Source: Gonapodya sp. JEL0774
Lineage: Eukaryota
NCBI GenBank assembly: GCA_027604505.1
Contig: JADIIX010000052.1
Location: forward strand, 62,001-126,000
Direction of reading: 5' to 3'
DNA length: 64,000 nt
Shown piece by piece: positions 37,006 through 48,938 of the stretch. The position numbers and the translations under genes were made by a program. Numbering within the stretch: the stretch's first letter is position 1; the number at the start of each line of letters is the position of its first letter. The notes below the pieces were generated by a model. It searched no databases. It was not told where the DNA came from and saw nothing but the letters and a program-made list of their open reading frames with translations.

Positions 37006-40000
37006 TCACTGTCCCGAACCAGAACTTAAACTTGGTATTTCAAAATCCATGAACTCTCGCTGTGTTTCGGTAGGATCCTCGGAAAGAGGCTTCTCTTCTT
37101 CTAGCACTGACTTTGCCAACTCCGTAAGATTTTGTTCAACTCCGTTCACCTTACACAGAGTCAGACACGGTGCGGTATGCCACGTCCACATCGGAGTTCC
37201 CTGTGGTTGCGTCAACCTCAACTGTCGGATACGGCTCGAAGATATCAATTTCAGATCCGCCATATTCTGATATATCTTCCATTTTCAGCGACCCTCCAAA
37301 AGGAGGGACAAAATCTGGCTTGGGTGACGGTGCTCCTCCTTCAGGCGCGGTTGTCGAATTCTGCCTTGGTATTGGTGCACCTTCATCGACAGGAGTGACC
37401 TCTCGATCAAAAATGTCACGTGCACTTTCATAGACCCAATTGACGTCTCGATCTAATGGCTCCTGGGGACTTTCAACCACAGGAGCATCGGCACGGACGA
37501 ATGTTTCCGGAGGCACTTCAACAACAGAAGCAATTTCGAGGAGCGGTTCCATTGGGCCTTCGCCTAGATGCACTTGGTCTGACAAGAGTAACCTCCCCAA
37601 TTCTGCACTATATGGGGGAGCAGGTGTTGGAAGCCGTTCTGGTGCCTCTCCGTCCAGTGAATGATCCACTTGGTCTGGGAAGAATTTGCTCCCCAATTCT
37701 GTACTATATAGGGGAGCAGGTGTTGGAAGCCGTTCTGGTGCCTCTCCGTTCAGTGGACGAACGTGTTCGGGCTTTGGCGCCAGAGCAAGGTAATCAGCTA
37801 CCACGATCTCAGCAACGTCTTCGACGGCGTTAAGCTTCGCAGGCGCTTCCCCTTGGGTGAGAGTACTCGATTGATCAGCGACAGAGCGTTGGAGAATCTG
37901 ATCGGTTCTCCTCGAAGAGCTTGAGTTGCTGCCAGGAGCTCCACGATTCTTTGATGATCCCCCTTTGCGCTTCTCCTCGTCATCGAAATCGTTAAGAGGT
38001 TGAGTCTCTCCTCGGGAGATATTATTATCACTTCCTCCGATGTTCTTGGGTCTCTTTCGATCTGGTAGGCTGCGAACGGCTGTCAGCTGGGAGACTCGTT
38101 CTGCGACAGAAATTCCTCTGCGTGGCCGTTGTTCAACCAAACCAGCTGATAGAAATTTCAGTTGTTCCTCATGTTGTAGTTGTGCTGCCGCCTGTGCCCG
38201 AGTTGACCGATCACTGGAACGTACTTGATAATGTTTGATCTGTTGTGGATGGGATAAATCTCGCCGCTTGCGACTTTGAGGGCGGAGCTCATTTCGCTCG
38301 GATTCGAGAGCCTGAGTTTGAGACATCAGATGACCTGGGACATTCTCGGGTTGCGGGAGAGCTTTCCGTTTACGGTTGTGGGGATGGGGCAGAGTTGGCT
38401 CGCTGTGTGGATCCTGAACAAAAGACGCGATTTGCTGCGGTGGCACTTCAGATATGTTGTCCGACGCTGTTTGGACAGGTTCCAATTTCGCTCGTGAAAC
38501 GCTCTTTAAGGTCCGTCTCGTTCCCGCTGACTTTCCAGATGATCTCTTCGGAACACCATCGTCACCAGACCTTTTTGTACTCGATGATAAGGATTGAACT
38601 GCACGTCTGGCTACTTCAGGATCAAGAATGATTGTTTCCCTACCGGAGCTGAGCTTGCTGCTCCGCGTAAAGTGAGACTCATCAGCCATTGGGGTTCCCA
38701 CAGCACGATCTCCTTTCGTGGAAGTAAACAACGATGTAGTATGTGCGGAAGCCTTTCCTTTTCTGACCATTTCAGTGGCGCCACTGTTGATATCAAGATT
38801 ATCACTGAAAGATGGGAGCGATTGAAGTTGTGACAATTCAGAGACTGAAAGTGGCTGGTCCGATGTGGGAGCTTGCGACTCGACACGGCGAGTTTCGAGA
38901 GTCGCAGGAAGATGTTCGACTGGTGAAGGGTTTCCAGTTTGTAGAACCAAATCGCCAAGATGATAGATTGCATTGGCATTTGTAGGAACGGCAAGACCTG
39001 AAAGATCCTCCGATTTAAGCGGCATCGATTTCCGCAACTCATTATTAGACCGGCCACCATCTTGTGGAGGGTCTTCCGCCGATCCCATAAGACAATCCCC
39101 ACCATTCACACCGAATTCATCCGAAATCTCCCCGCGCTCCAACGCTGGGTCACGGAAGAAGAGGGAGGATTTCGGAGTCAATTTTGGAGGATGAGTTTGA
39201 GTCTTACGCTGTTGAGACTCGATTCCGGGATACGCGTTCGTCGCGGGGTGCTGAACCAAATGAGCTCTTTGTATGGGAATGCTCCGTCGACGATTCACCT
39301 TGTCGCAAACTTCGCTGACGTTGAAAGGAAGATCTTCCCATTCTCCTTCATACCCATTGACGACAAAATTGGCCCATAGCTCTTCCACAAAATCGACCTT
39401 CACACTATTTTCTAGCTCCACAAGTCTCGCATCTGGCTGTTGCATCACAGAAGACGCCCAGATTGCTCTCTCTTGTTCAATCTGGTCAGCAAACTTCTCT
39501 CGAAGTCGCTCAATGCGAAGCTGGATTGCTGTCCATGACTTAGTGAGGGCGTACCTCAGTACAGCTGATGCGAACTCCTGTTTATCAAAATCAGACGGGA
39601 CCAGTCGCCTTTGGGGGTATGTTCCCAGAACCGGTGCAAGACGCGTCCAACGAGAAGTCCCTTCCGGTGGAACATGTGCAAGGAACTCCATGAGATCGGG
39701 AATATCCGATTGATCATGAATGTTCGAAGATCGGCGATTAGATTTCCGCTTGCCGGCCTAAAAACGAGCACGACGAAATGTGACATTCAGGCAAAAGCGA
39801 CAAGAAAGCTAGCATTAAGCAGACTAACGGCACCCACAATGGTTGAAACAGGAAACTTTGACTGAGGTTCGTCCTGATATGTGGGATCACCATCCCCCCG
39901 ACCCCCTCGTCTTGCGGTTCCCGTTGTTACACCGAGGACTCCCTACGTCGAAATGTGGTGTGAAGAAGAGCAGAGATTAATTTCAAGAATTTTGGGACAG

Positions 40001-43000
40001 CACCTTGTTTGACTTTTGGCGTTTTGCTGTTGGTTCTCCGTCACTTGATTCCTCGTGATTTTTATCAACCGCGTGTCGCTTCCGCTTGATGCTCGTCAGT
40101 TCTTGGGATTCAAAAGACTTGTAAGCTTCTACCAAAGCAGAAGGAGCGCGAGCTTTTTCGATCGTTATACTGCTGTCCTTGAACACCAAAATTGGCCAAT
40201 TGCGATCGTGAACAGCTGCAAGAAAGGTCATGGGCATTTCTTCACTATCACTATGAGAGGTCAACAACCCTTACCGAGGTGATGACGTTGTGGGTCGCAG
40301 TGGTACAATGAATCAAACTTGACAAAGCCGTCAGCTGGCATCGGGTAGTCAATCTTTGAGCCGTTCTGACGCACGCAAATAATACACGCGCAAGTTTCTG
40401 GAATTAAATCCCAGATGCAAATGGTTGTCGGAATTACGATCTGAGAAGTCAGAACACGAACAGATAGCTTACTTTTGCATTTGAAACATTCCCACGCCTT
40501 CTTTTTAAGCAAATCAAACAATTTAACACCGTGACGATTCCATAGGCCCGTCGCACAGAAAAGAGCTGGGCACTTTGAGCAAGCAATTTTGACGCTCTTT
40601 TTTGTGCACTTGCAACAATGACAGGCTTCAGACCGCTTCCCAGTCTGTCAGATCAGGCAACAACCTTTCACATGTCAGGTACTTATCATTTGAGATACTA
40701 CACCCCACCCACATATTTCAAATGAAGCATCCAGGAAGCACTAGCTGTAGTTCTTTCACCGGGAGATCCGAGGGTTTGGAGCCTCATGCCAAAAAAATAC
40801 GGAATGTGGATTGTGTGCCCAGAGTGGGATTACAGTAAAGCCGGGACTCACTCAAATGATGGGCCAGAAACTGGTGAGAGCCATGAAGAAAGTTCCTGCT
40901 TCCCTTCAAAGTCAAGCCCCAGCGATGGAGAAGAGAGAACCTTCGCGATAGTCCTCTTCGCCTGTTCCAGGATTTCCCAGAGCACTGCGAGATCATACTG
41001 CTCCCGCATTTCAAATTTCCTCAGAGAGTGCTCACACGACCGACTGTGACCATAACACTCCATACAGATGTCAAAAGGAGTTTTGGCATCGGTGGTCTGT
41101 GCAGCTGGCCACTGAGGCTTGGTGATGACAGTTTCCAATCCAATTCTCCGACCCACATCAACCATTTGATCCCCATTTCGTGCACGTTCTTCGCATTCAA
41201 GGCATGACCACCCTCTGTTGAATATATCGGCGTGACAAAAGTCGCAAACGAGCGTCCCTCGGGAATCCGCCAGCCAGTGACCAGGATTCGGCAGTTTCCG
41301 CACCCCACCATCGTCCAAATCTACCTCATCATCACGAACAATGGCCCCGAGAAGGTCCACCAGAATCCGAAATTCTTTCAGGAACCGCGCAAGATCGTGC
41401 GATTCGATCTTCCCGTCGGCGAGTCGCAGTGACCGAAAGTCAAAATCATCGACAGACATAACCTGAGCACGCTCGTTGTCGGCACTGAAAACTTCGCGCT
41501 CAACTCCGCACGACAAAATGTTCTCAGATGTCGAGTACTTCCGTTCCGCACCTTCGGGTAACTCGCTTACGTTTGAGTTTTCACCAAAAACAGCAGCGGC
41601 CGCATCCTGTGTTTCTTTGACGTTCGTCTGCTCTGCATCTGTTGTCCGGGCAAACAACAACGGCGTTTGCGGGGAAAGGGTGAGGTCGGGACCCGTTGGC
41701 GCCTCCATGAAACTGTTGCCAATTATTTCCGTCAGATTGTTAGAACGTTTAGAGTTCGGCAATTCACCGTAGAGACTGCTGGCTGCGCACGAATCAGGAA
41801 CAATGGAGTGCGATGATGTGACACTGTTTACTTTTTTCTTGCTCCTCTTTGGTTTGGGGGAATTCTTTGTTCGAGAAACACCACCACGACCACGTCCAGT
41901 TCGACCACGACCACGACTAAGACTACTTCCACCGATGTCAGATTCAGTATCTTGATAGTCGGAGTCGTCACTTTCGTACGAAGGGTGTTCCGACAAACCG
42001 CTGTCAGAATCGTCATCAATACTAAAAGATGTTCTTTAATTCGCGATTATTTGCGCACGAAAAGGTGTATATGCAAGACTCCAACTTACAAAGTGGCCTG
42101 ACTGGACTCACGCGCCAACCCTTGGTTCGAACACACATTTGAGTCCATTTTCACCTCCTCTACTCCGGCTGAATCCAATGTAGCAGATAGGTCGGAACCG
42201 TTTCCAATGTGGATCACAGCAGGTGGATCCGCGACCGAACCGGCAACTGTCAACGAATCCTCAACCATTTCGTTTTGCGACTCCAACAGACTCTTTAAGG
42301 TCTTCGTCATGCCTCCCACAGCATATAGCGCCATAGTCTTTGTCTTGTACGTTTCCATTTTGAAGTTGCGGTGATATCGCGGCAAGATATTTCGGACACA
42401 GTGTGCGAGGGTGGTCGGTGTGCTTCGGTTCCAGGAGAACTGGACGCAGCGGTTGAGAGTACAATTTAGCGACATAAACTTAGAGCTGGTTTCGGTTCAA
42501 AGTTGGGGCAAAACCTGCCTTTAGATTCCTCCCTCCCACGTTCAGAACCTGGTGCGCGGCGTCGCTGGGCAGGAAAACAAAATCCCCTTTCCTTTGCGCG
42601 AAGACAAAAACGTCCGCAACCGACCGGTCAGGTGTCGATTTGACGTCTTCAAAGGGAAGGTAGTAATTGTCGAAGTGGAGATTGTAGGACCTGTCTAAGC
42701 AGACAGAACGTCAAACTCGGGCGACGCTTGCCAGAACTGACGCTATTGAAGAGTTAGACCACTCACCAGTCCACAATTTCGCAGCATCTTGGCATTGCTG
42801 TGTTCCGAAGACTGTCCACAATGAGTAGGCACCTTCGTCGGCATCCAGCATGATGTTTTGGCCCAACCTGACAGACGTTACATCCAATAATATTAATCCC
42901 AAAATTTTAGTTATTTACTGATTCTCACTCACGAGCCACACAAATCCCAATGGCCCGGGGTAAAGGAACCATCGCCTCCAATATATAGCATGAGATTGGT

Positions 43001-43636
43001 GGACCGTCTATTCTCGGGTAAGAAACCCATCAGATCATGCTGCCCCAGATACCGGAGACGGGGATCCAGTTGAGACATGATGTGCTCCTGCCACTCCGCG
43101 GGTACATCGAGATCCTTCCCGTACAGACGGGTGTCAGGAGTTTCAGGATTGCTAAGGTGGTCCAGAAAACGCTTCAACGTCCAATCTTCCCCAATATCTT
43201 CACCTTTGAGAACATCTCGTGGTTTCAGCGGTGAGTTGCCGTGGTGGTCATACAAGTGCTGAAGTGTCAGGTCATGATTCACCGATTCGAGGTGAAGTCC
43301 CTCCAAGCTGTGAGAGACAACAACTGGGTTTCCTTCTGCTAGAGTTTTCTCGACCAATGTAATAAGAGTATCCAGATCGTAAAATTCGCGAGCATCGAAG
43401 GTGGGGACTTTGAGGAAGTTTGGAGCAATCTCTGCGGGATTTGCAGCCAGGATATCCGGGAGATTCGCTGGCAGACTCGAAGGGTCAGGAATGTGCGGAT
43501 TCCAAACGTCCATTATGTCCAGGCGCCGCTTGAAGCCATATGGTTGGTGCTTGTGGGAGAGGCTCCACTCTTACTCAATCTTGCTCCAAAGCAACAAAGC
43601 AAGGGCACACAACAGTCCAACTCCATCTTCTGTCAT
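37006..43636 (-). CDS. JmjC-domain protein (KDM3/JHDM2-like putative histone demethylase) with a Cys-rich finger, a zf-4CXXC_R1-like finger and a long disordered C-terminus; ends approximate
   Basis: RLYGKDL..DLMGFLP..LMLYIGGDGSFTPGHWDLCGS (HxD); FAQRKGDFVFLPSDAAHQVLN (distal His); K/FSWN; CDFCHADIFNRGWSCLEC..DICMECY; CHCCKC..IACSKC..FC..WECFKCK..CACIIC. Continuation into the 846-aa ORF through short exons at ~39700-39950 is inferred. Confidence 0.8.
37540..37757 (-). repeat. In-frame 96-bp tandem duplication inside the JmjC gene tail
   Basis: Near-identical blocks starting at ~37594 and ~37690 encode GEAPERLPTPAP(L/P)YS(T/A)ELG twice. Confidence 0.85.
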
Positions 43637-43836
43637 AAGTCAGAATTAATTACTTTATTGATTTATTTTATAAAGCACTGAATCTAACGTGGACTCTAAT
43701 ATCATCGTAGTTTTGAGTGAGCTCACGATATGTAGAACAGGTGCCCCACCAAGCAGTGGTTGAACTCACGCAAGCAGTCTTCCCTTCCGATCAACAACAA
43801 GATCGATTGAAATTGACGTCCGAAAACTCCTAACGG

Positions 43837-45650
43837 ATGGTGGAGTTCGTTTCTCCAGAAGGAATGTTGGGTGACGCCTGCAACGAAAGCCTTCGCTCAA
43901 ATGACTCTGACAGCGGTAGACACCAGGCGAAATCACTATCGGCGGGATCGAATCGCTCTGTCAGATCATTTCTATCCGCAGCTGACAGTGTGAGAAAACA
44001 CGAACAGCAGCCGCCGACTGCGCTAGCGAACGGCTACACAGTCCTCCCGCCAAACCCACGAGCTTGGCCGCTACTCCTCGCACTCTTTTTCATCTTTATC
44101 AATACCGGCGCGACGCTTATTGTATTATGCCAACTTCCAATCCTGATCATCTTTCGGTTGAACCCCTCGCTCGCTCGTTTGTGGTCGCGAGCTACCCAGC
44201 GTCAATGGTGCAGGTTCATGGCGCTCGCCAATTGGATCTTCGCCCCCTGCTTGGTTGATGTTGTTGGAAAGTCTGAATACGTGAGAGAGTTCGCCAGGAC
44301 GGGCGGAGCGAGGAGAGTCGTCTACATGGCGAACCACCAAGTGAGCTTCCTTTCCAGATATCAAAACCTGGAGAGCGTCTGGGGGTTTCTGATGATATCT
44401 GCCTTCTTACTTGATCTTATATTGCTCTGAACCACGCATTTGGGTCTCATATGCGTTCTAAAAAGACGTTCCTGGACTGGTGGGATCTGTGGCTCCTCAC
44501 CCCACATCTCTCAATCGACCGCTCGACTGACATCAAAATTATACTGAGAGCTGACATGGCTTCCATACCGATTATCGGCTGGGGAATGAATTTCCTGGAG
44601 TTTATTTTCGTAAGTGGAGGATCCATAACAGCCGTTGATTCAAGTGCGCGATGACCGAATCTCCTTGTCTTTCATTTGTATGATCAGGTCAAGTTCGGCA
44701 ATGCTGCTCCTCCCAACAGTCTTGTGAAAGCCCTACTGAAGAATATCGACCCTAAATTACCCCTCGCACTTCTTCTGTTCCCAGAGGGAACTGTGCTCTA
44801 CCCTAAAAATCAAGTGAAATCCATCGAATACTTGCGTAAAGAACTCAAACTTGCCGACTCTGCAACTGTGTCTTACCCTTACACCAATGTTCTCCTCCCC
44901 AAGTCGGCCGGCCTCTACTCTGCCCTCACTGCACCACCTGACCCGCCGACCGAAGTTTGGGATTTTACAGTAGGATACGTTGGTTGCCGGAAACCCACTT
45001 CACCTGCCGCAGGGGGCTCTTATCCGTACGATGCCATTGGGCCTGGGGCCTTTTGGAATGGTCGCCAGCGTGTGCGAAAACTGGTGATACACGTGCGGAA
45101 GTTCAACGTCGTGGACATTCCTGGCGTTTTTGATCAGGACGCTAATGACAACACTCAGCGCACCTCACTGGAGTCAAAAGGGGTTGCTGATCTTAGCACA
45201 CAGTCCCCAGAGCGTCTCAGCCGTCCGCTGTCCATGCACTCGGAGAGCTTGTCATCTGTGCCTGGTGTCTGTCAGCCACCCGCGGCGTTCACTGCATGGC
45301 TACGGGATAGATTCCTCGAGAAGGACGCGCTCATGGAGTGGTTTTACATCCGGGGAAAGTTCCCTGATATTGATCCAGTTGTCGAGGAGCTGCGTGTGGT
45401 TCACCCGGGTCAAGCCGACGGTGTTCAGGTGCCCGAAACGTTGTCGTCCAATGCGAAGGGTGCCTCATATCAAAATGTACAAGAGCGGAATGACTCGCGA
45501 CTGGTGATAAGATTGGAGCCAATATCCACCTGGGATGTACTGGCTGTCGTGGTGATGCCATTGGCGGTTGTTTGGGACTTCGCACAGGAAGCACTGGGAA
45601 GATCGTGGATGGGTCGTGGTTGGGAGATCACCAAAATTAAGAAGGCATAA
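43837..45650 (+). CDS. PlsC-family lysophospholipid acyltransferase (LCLAT1/Cst26-like), multi-exon
   Basis: ANHQ/TFLDW (NHxxxxD after splicing); IKIILRADMASIPIIGWGMNFLEFIF; LLFPEGT; NVLLPKSAG; WDFTVGY; WLRDRFLEKDALMEWF. Confidence 0.88.
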
Positions 45651-45802
45651 GGAATCGATGACATTTAAAACTTTTTATGGTAGTCCGACGAGATGTTACA
45701 TAATTGTTTCTTTCGCCAAAGTATGGCATGTGCGTTCACTATTGTACAAATTGCAACATGAAGAAGCTATGAATACGCAGCTGTTTGAGAGTTTATGGCT
45801 CG

Positions 45803-48714
45803 TTATTGACGCGTTCTCCATGGTTCAATTTCCGGACATTCCCTGGCAAAATGACCAGGCTGTTGTGGTAGAAGTGAGACCAACAACAAACCGGATGGTT
45901 GGACTACGTTGACAGTGCCATAAAACAACGAAGCAGCTGCTCACCCGCCCACATTTAAAACATGCTTCGTCTTCTTTTCCTACGCCCCTACCCCTTCCAG
46001 GTGCAAACAGGTAACTCTTCGCCCGACGGTACGATTCAAATGGGTCACCCGACCCTACACCGGTCATATCTCCCCCGCCAGCCCCAGGTCCGCCTGAAGC
46101 ACGAAAATCAGAATCACTTTGATGGTGCCAGCCTAGTGATGGACAAACAATTGGACATGTTGCCGATGCAACCTCCCTCCATCAAAACACTGGAACTCAC
46201 CATTCTTCCTCCCATACCCCTCTCCCCGTCCCACTCCACTACCTCCCCTTCCACCGAATGACCCCCGGTTGCCATATTGTTCCCGACCACCCTCATTCCA
46301 TCCAAACGCTACACTTCTTTTGCCTGTTGCCCAGTCATCGCCGCCACTCTTGCTCCTTCTCCGCTTTCGTGAATCCACTGAGGGTGATTTTGACCTGGAC
46401 CGCGATCCCCGGCCCTCTGAATCAGATGACCCAGAACGACGTCTCGATGATCGGCTTGGTTTTTTGGAAGGTTTCTTAATCCCCCGAGGTGGTGAAACGG
46501 AGTGAGACCGCGACCGTGAGCGTGACCAGGATGTCGAACTAGAAGACGCCCGTCGCCTAGAGCGTTTCTTCGACCCCGCCGGCGAGCGAGATCTTGATCG
46601 AGAGGTTTCCGTTGTGGCTCCCCTCCTACTGCTTCTTTTGCGCCGCGAATCGGGAGTCGGAGATCGGGAACGAGACCAGGATCTTGAGTCAGCTCTTCGT
46701 CCCTTGCTTCCACTGTCATCCCATCTGCTCCTCCCTGTCTTCCCAGTGAAGACCTTCCGTCTTTGCTCCACTTCATCCTCGGAGAGGTATGGCTTATCAT
46801 CGTCATCGTCCGTGTTCAAAGGACCGGAGAGCCCACCTCCAGGGACGAAAGTGGTTGTTCCAGACGTACCAGTTCCTCCCCTAACAGCTCCCGATGTGCC
46901 AACAAGCCCAGCCTCCCTCGCTGCCCGGACGCGCTCGTACCAGAAGTCCAGATACCCCACCTCCCAACCCTCCCCGTCAAACTTTGGCACGGTCTGGTCG
47001 TTATTGTCCTTACGTCCACCGTCCATCATTTGGTCCAAACCCACGCCGGTGCCGTCTGCCCTCACTTTTGTGACAGCCCCCTTTTGCAGCACGAGCCCTG
47101 CGTACATTTCCTCCACAGCGGTTTTCACTTCCTCTTCCTTCCTAAGAGCCTCTTGCGCAGCCGCTTCATCAGCAGGCCCTTTAGAGCGATCCATAGCGCC
47201 TTTAACGGCCACCAGGCGAAGCATAGGGACGGAGAGCGGGGTGTAAGGTTGTCTGCTTGGGGAGCAGAGAGCGACCATCAAGCCGGCTGGCAGGTGGTGC
47301 GCAGGACGATCTGCTGGAGGAAGTTTTGATTGTTCCGAAGTCCGAGATGTGGATTTGGTGGCATCAGATAGAGAATTCAACGACGACTTTGAACCAGGCG
47401 CAGACAAGCTCGTCTCACTCGGACCCAGAAGGGTTTTCGTTTCTGTCGAACGGACCACAACTGGTGGTAGTGCATGAGCTTGAGCAGGTAGATATTGCTC
47501 AAACGCCTCAAGCACTTGCGGGCGTGGGTCAACCAAGCCAATGGAGGCTCCAGGGCCTGGGACGTTTCGTGCCGCAGAGGCCACCAGTGCAGGGGGACTT
47601 GGATTTGCTACTGAGGAAGGCACGTTATTCATAGGCTGCGCTGACGCCAATGGGTGTGGTTGAATCATCTGCTGAGATGAAAATGGCGGGCCAGGAATGC
47701 CAGGCATCCCGGGAGCAACACTGGGCGCCATCGCCATTGGAAATCCCGGAGGGGGGGGGAGTAATGGCATTAAAGGAGGTATGAATCCAGCGGGATTTGC
47801 TGGTAATGGGAAGGGGAATGGTGGTTGGAGCCCATGCGGTACCATACCAGGCACGGAAGCTGCAAAACTTTGAGGATTGAAAGGGTGAACGGTTTGGGAT
47901 TTTGGGAAGGAGCGAGCAGTGGGATGAAGTGGCTGTCCAAATGGTTGCGTGGTGGAAGAAACTGTAGTAGGTGGGCCGAGACTTGACGGAGGAGTTGCGT
48001 GACTGAGGCCAGGTGGAGGGGTAGGATTTTGGCCGAGACCAGGAATGGAGGGCGCTACGTAGTAGTAGACAGGATGAATCTTGCTGGTCTAGAACCCTGT
48101 GCTTTGCCCTCTACCGCAGATCTCCTGTACACTATTCGACTCCTCCCACACTCACAGTCGTCCCTGCCAGTGAGCGCGTCCCTCAATGACCTGATATCTG
48201 ACTCTGAAAAATAATGTTTTGACTCCCAAATGTCCAGGAGTTTGGTAACCTTAGCCTTCTTATCAGGCTCCGAGGTTGCGAACATCGCTGTTCGCAGCAA
48301 CAGTGGGGCACGTTTAAGAATCGCAGCCTTTGCAACTGGAATCTTACGTCGGTCACTGGACGATGTCAAGGGGTGAAAACCATGCACATTGAATTGAAGA
48401 ACGAATGCCACAACTTGAAGGAGAGACGCTTTAAAATCTCACCTGTGGGCAAGGACGTCATTCACCAGATAAACGATGAACAGCTTTGACTCAAACCTTC
48501 CACCTCCCTCCTGTGTTACTTGCAAGAAGTCAAGCAAGGCATCAAAATGCTCGCCAGTCTTGCACCTTTCCAACACCCAATCCTTCGCGTCACGAATCGC
48601 ATCTGGTGTGCAATTCCGCATGATCCCACCAACTAGTGATTCAAAACGATCGATAGCGCTCATTTGCTCTCCAAGCGCAACTGCAAGCCGTGAGCGCTCC
48701 TGGTCACCCGTCAT
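45803..48714 (-). CDS. CHERP-like splicing-associated protein: CID domain, Pro-rich region, RS domain, C-terminal CCHC zinc knuckle
   Basis: CID CTPDAIRDAKDWVL..KLFIVYLVNDVLAH..KVTKLLDIWESKHYF; CHERP-like LPAGLM..YTPL..AVEEMY, DGEGWE and DPFESYRRAKSY; spliced CFKCGRPGHFAREC. Confidence 0.8.
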
Positions 48715-48938
48715 ATCTGAAATGCTGGAAAAGTGCCACAGAGACCAAGTTGGAAACGAAGCTCAAGCGTTCAAATAAAAGAAATTTTCGTCGCTTTTCA
48801 ATGAGTTGGAGATGTCAGTAATATCGGCGGAATTTGTGTTGGTACGTGAGAGGGCTGAGTGCTCCTCCCCCCCTTCCTCCAACCTTACAAAAACAAATTT
48901 CTACGTTTCAATCAAAAATGAAAGTACAGGTGGGAATA

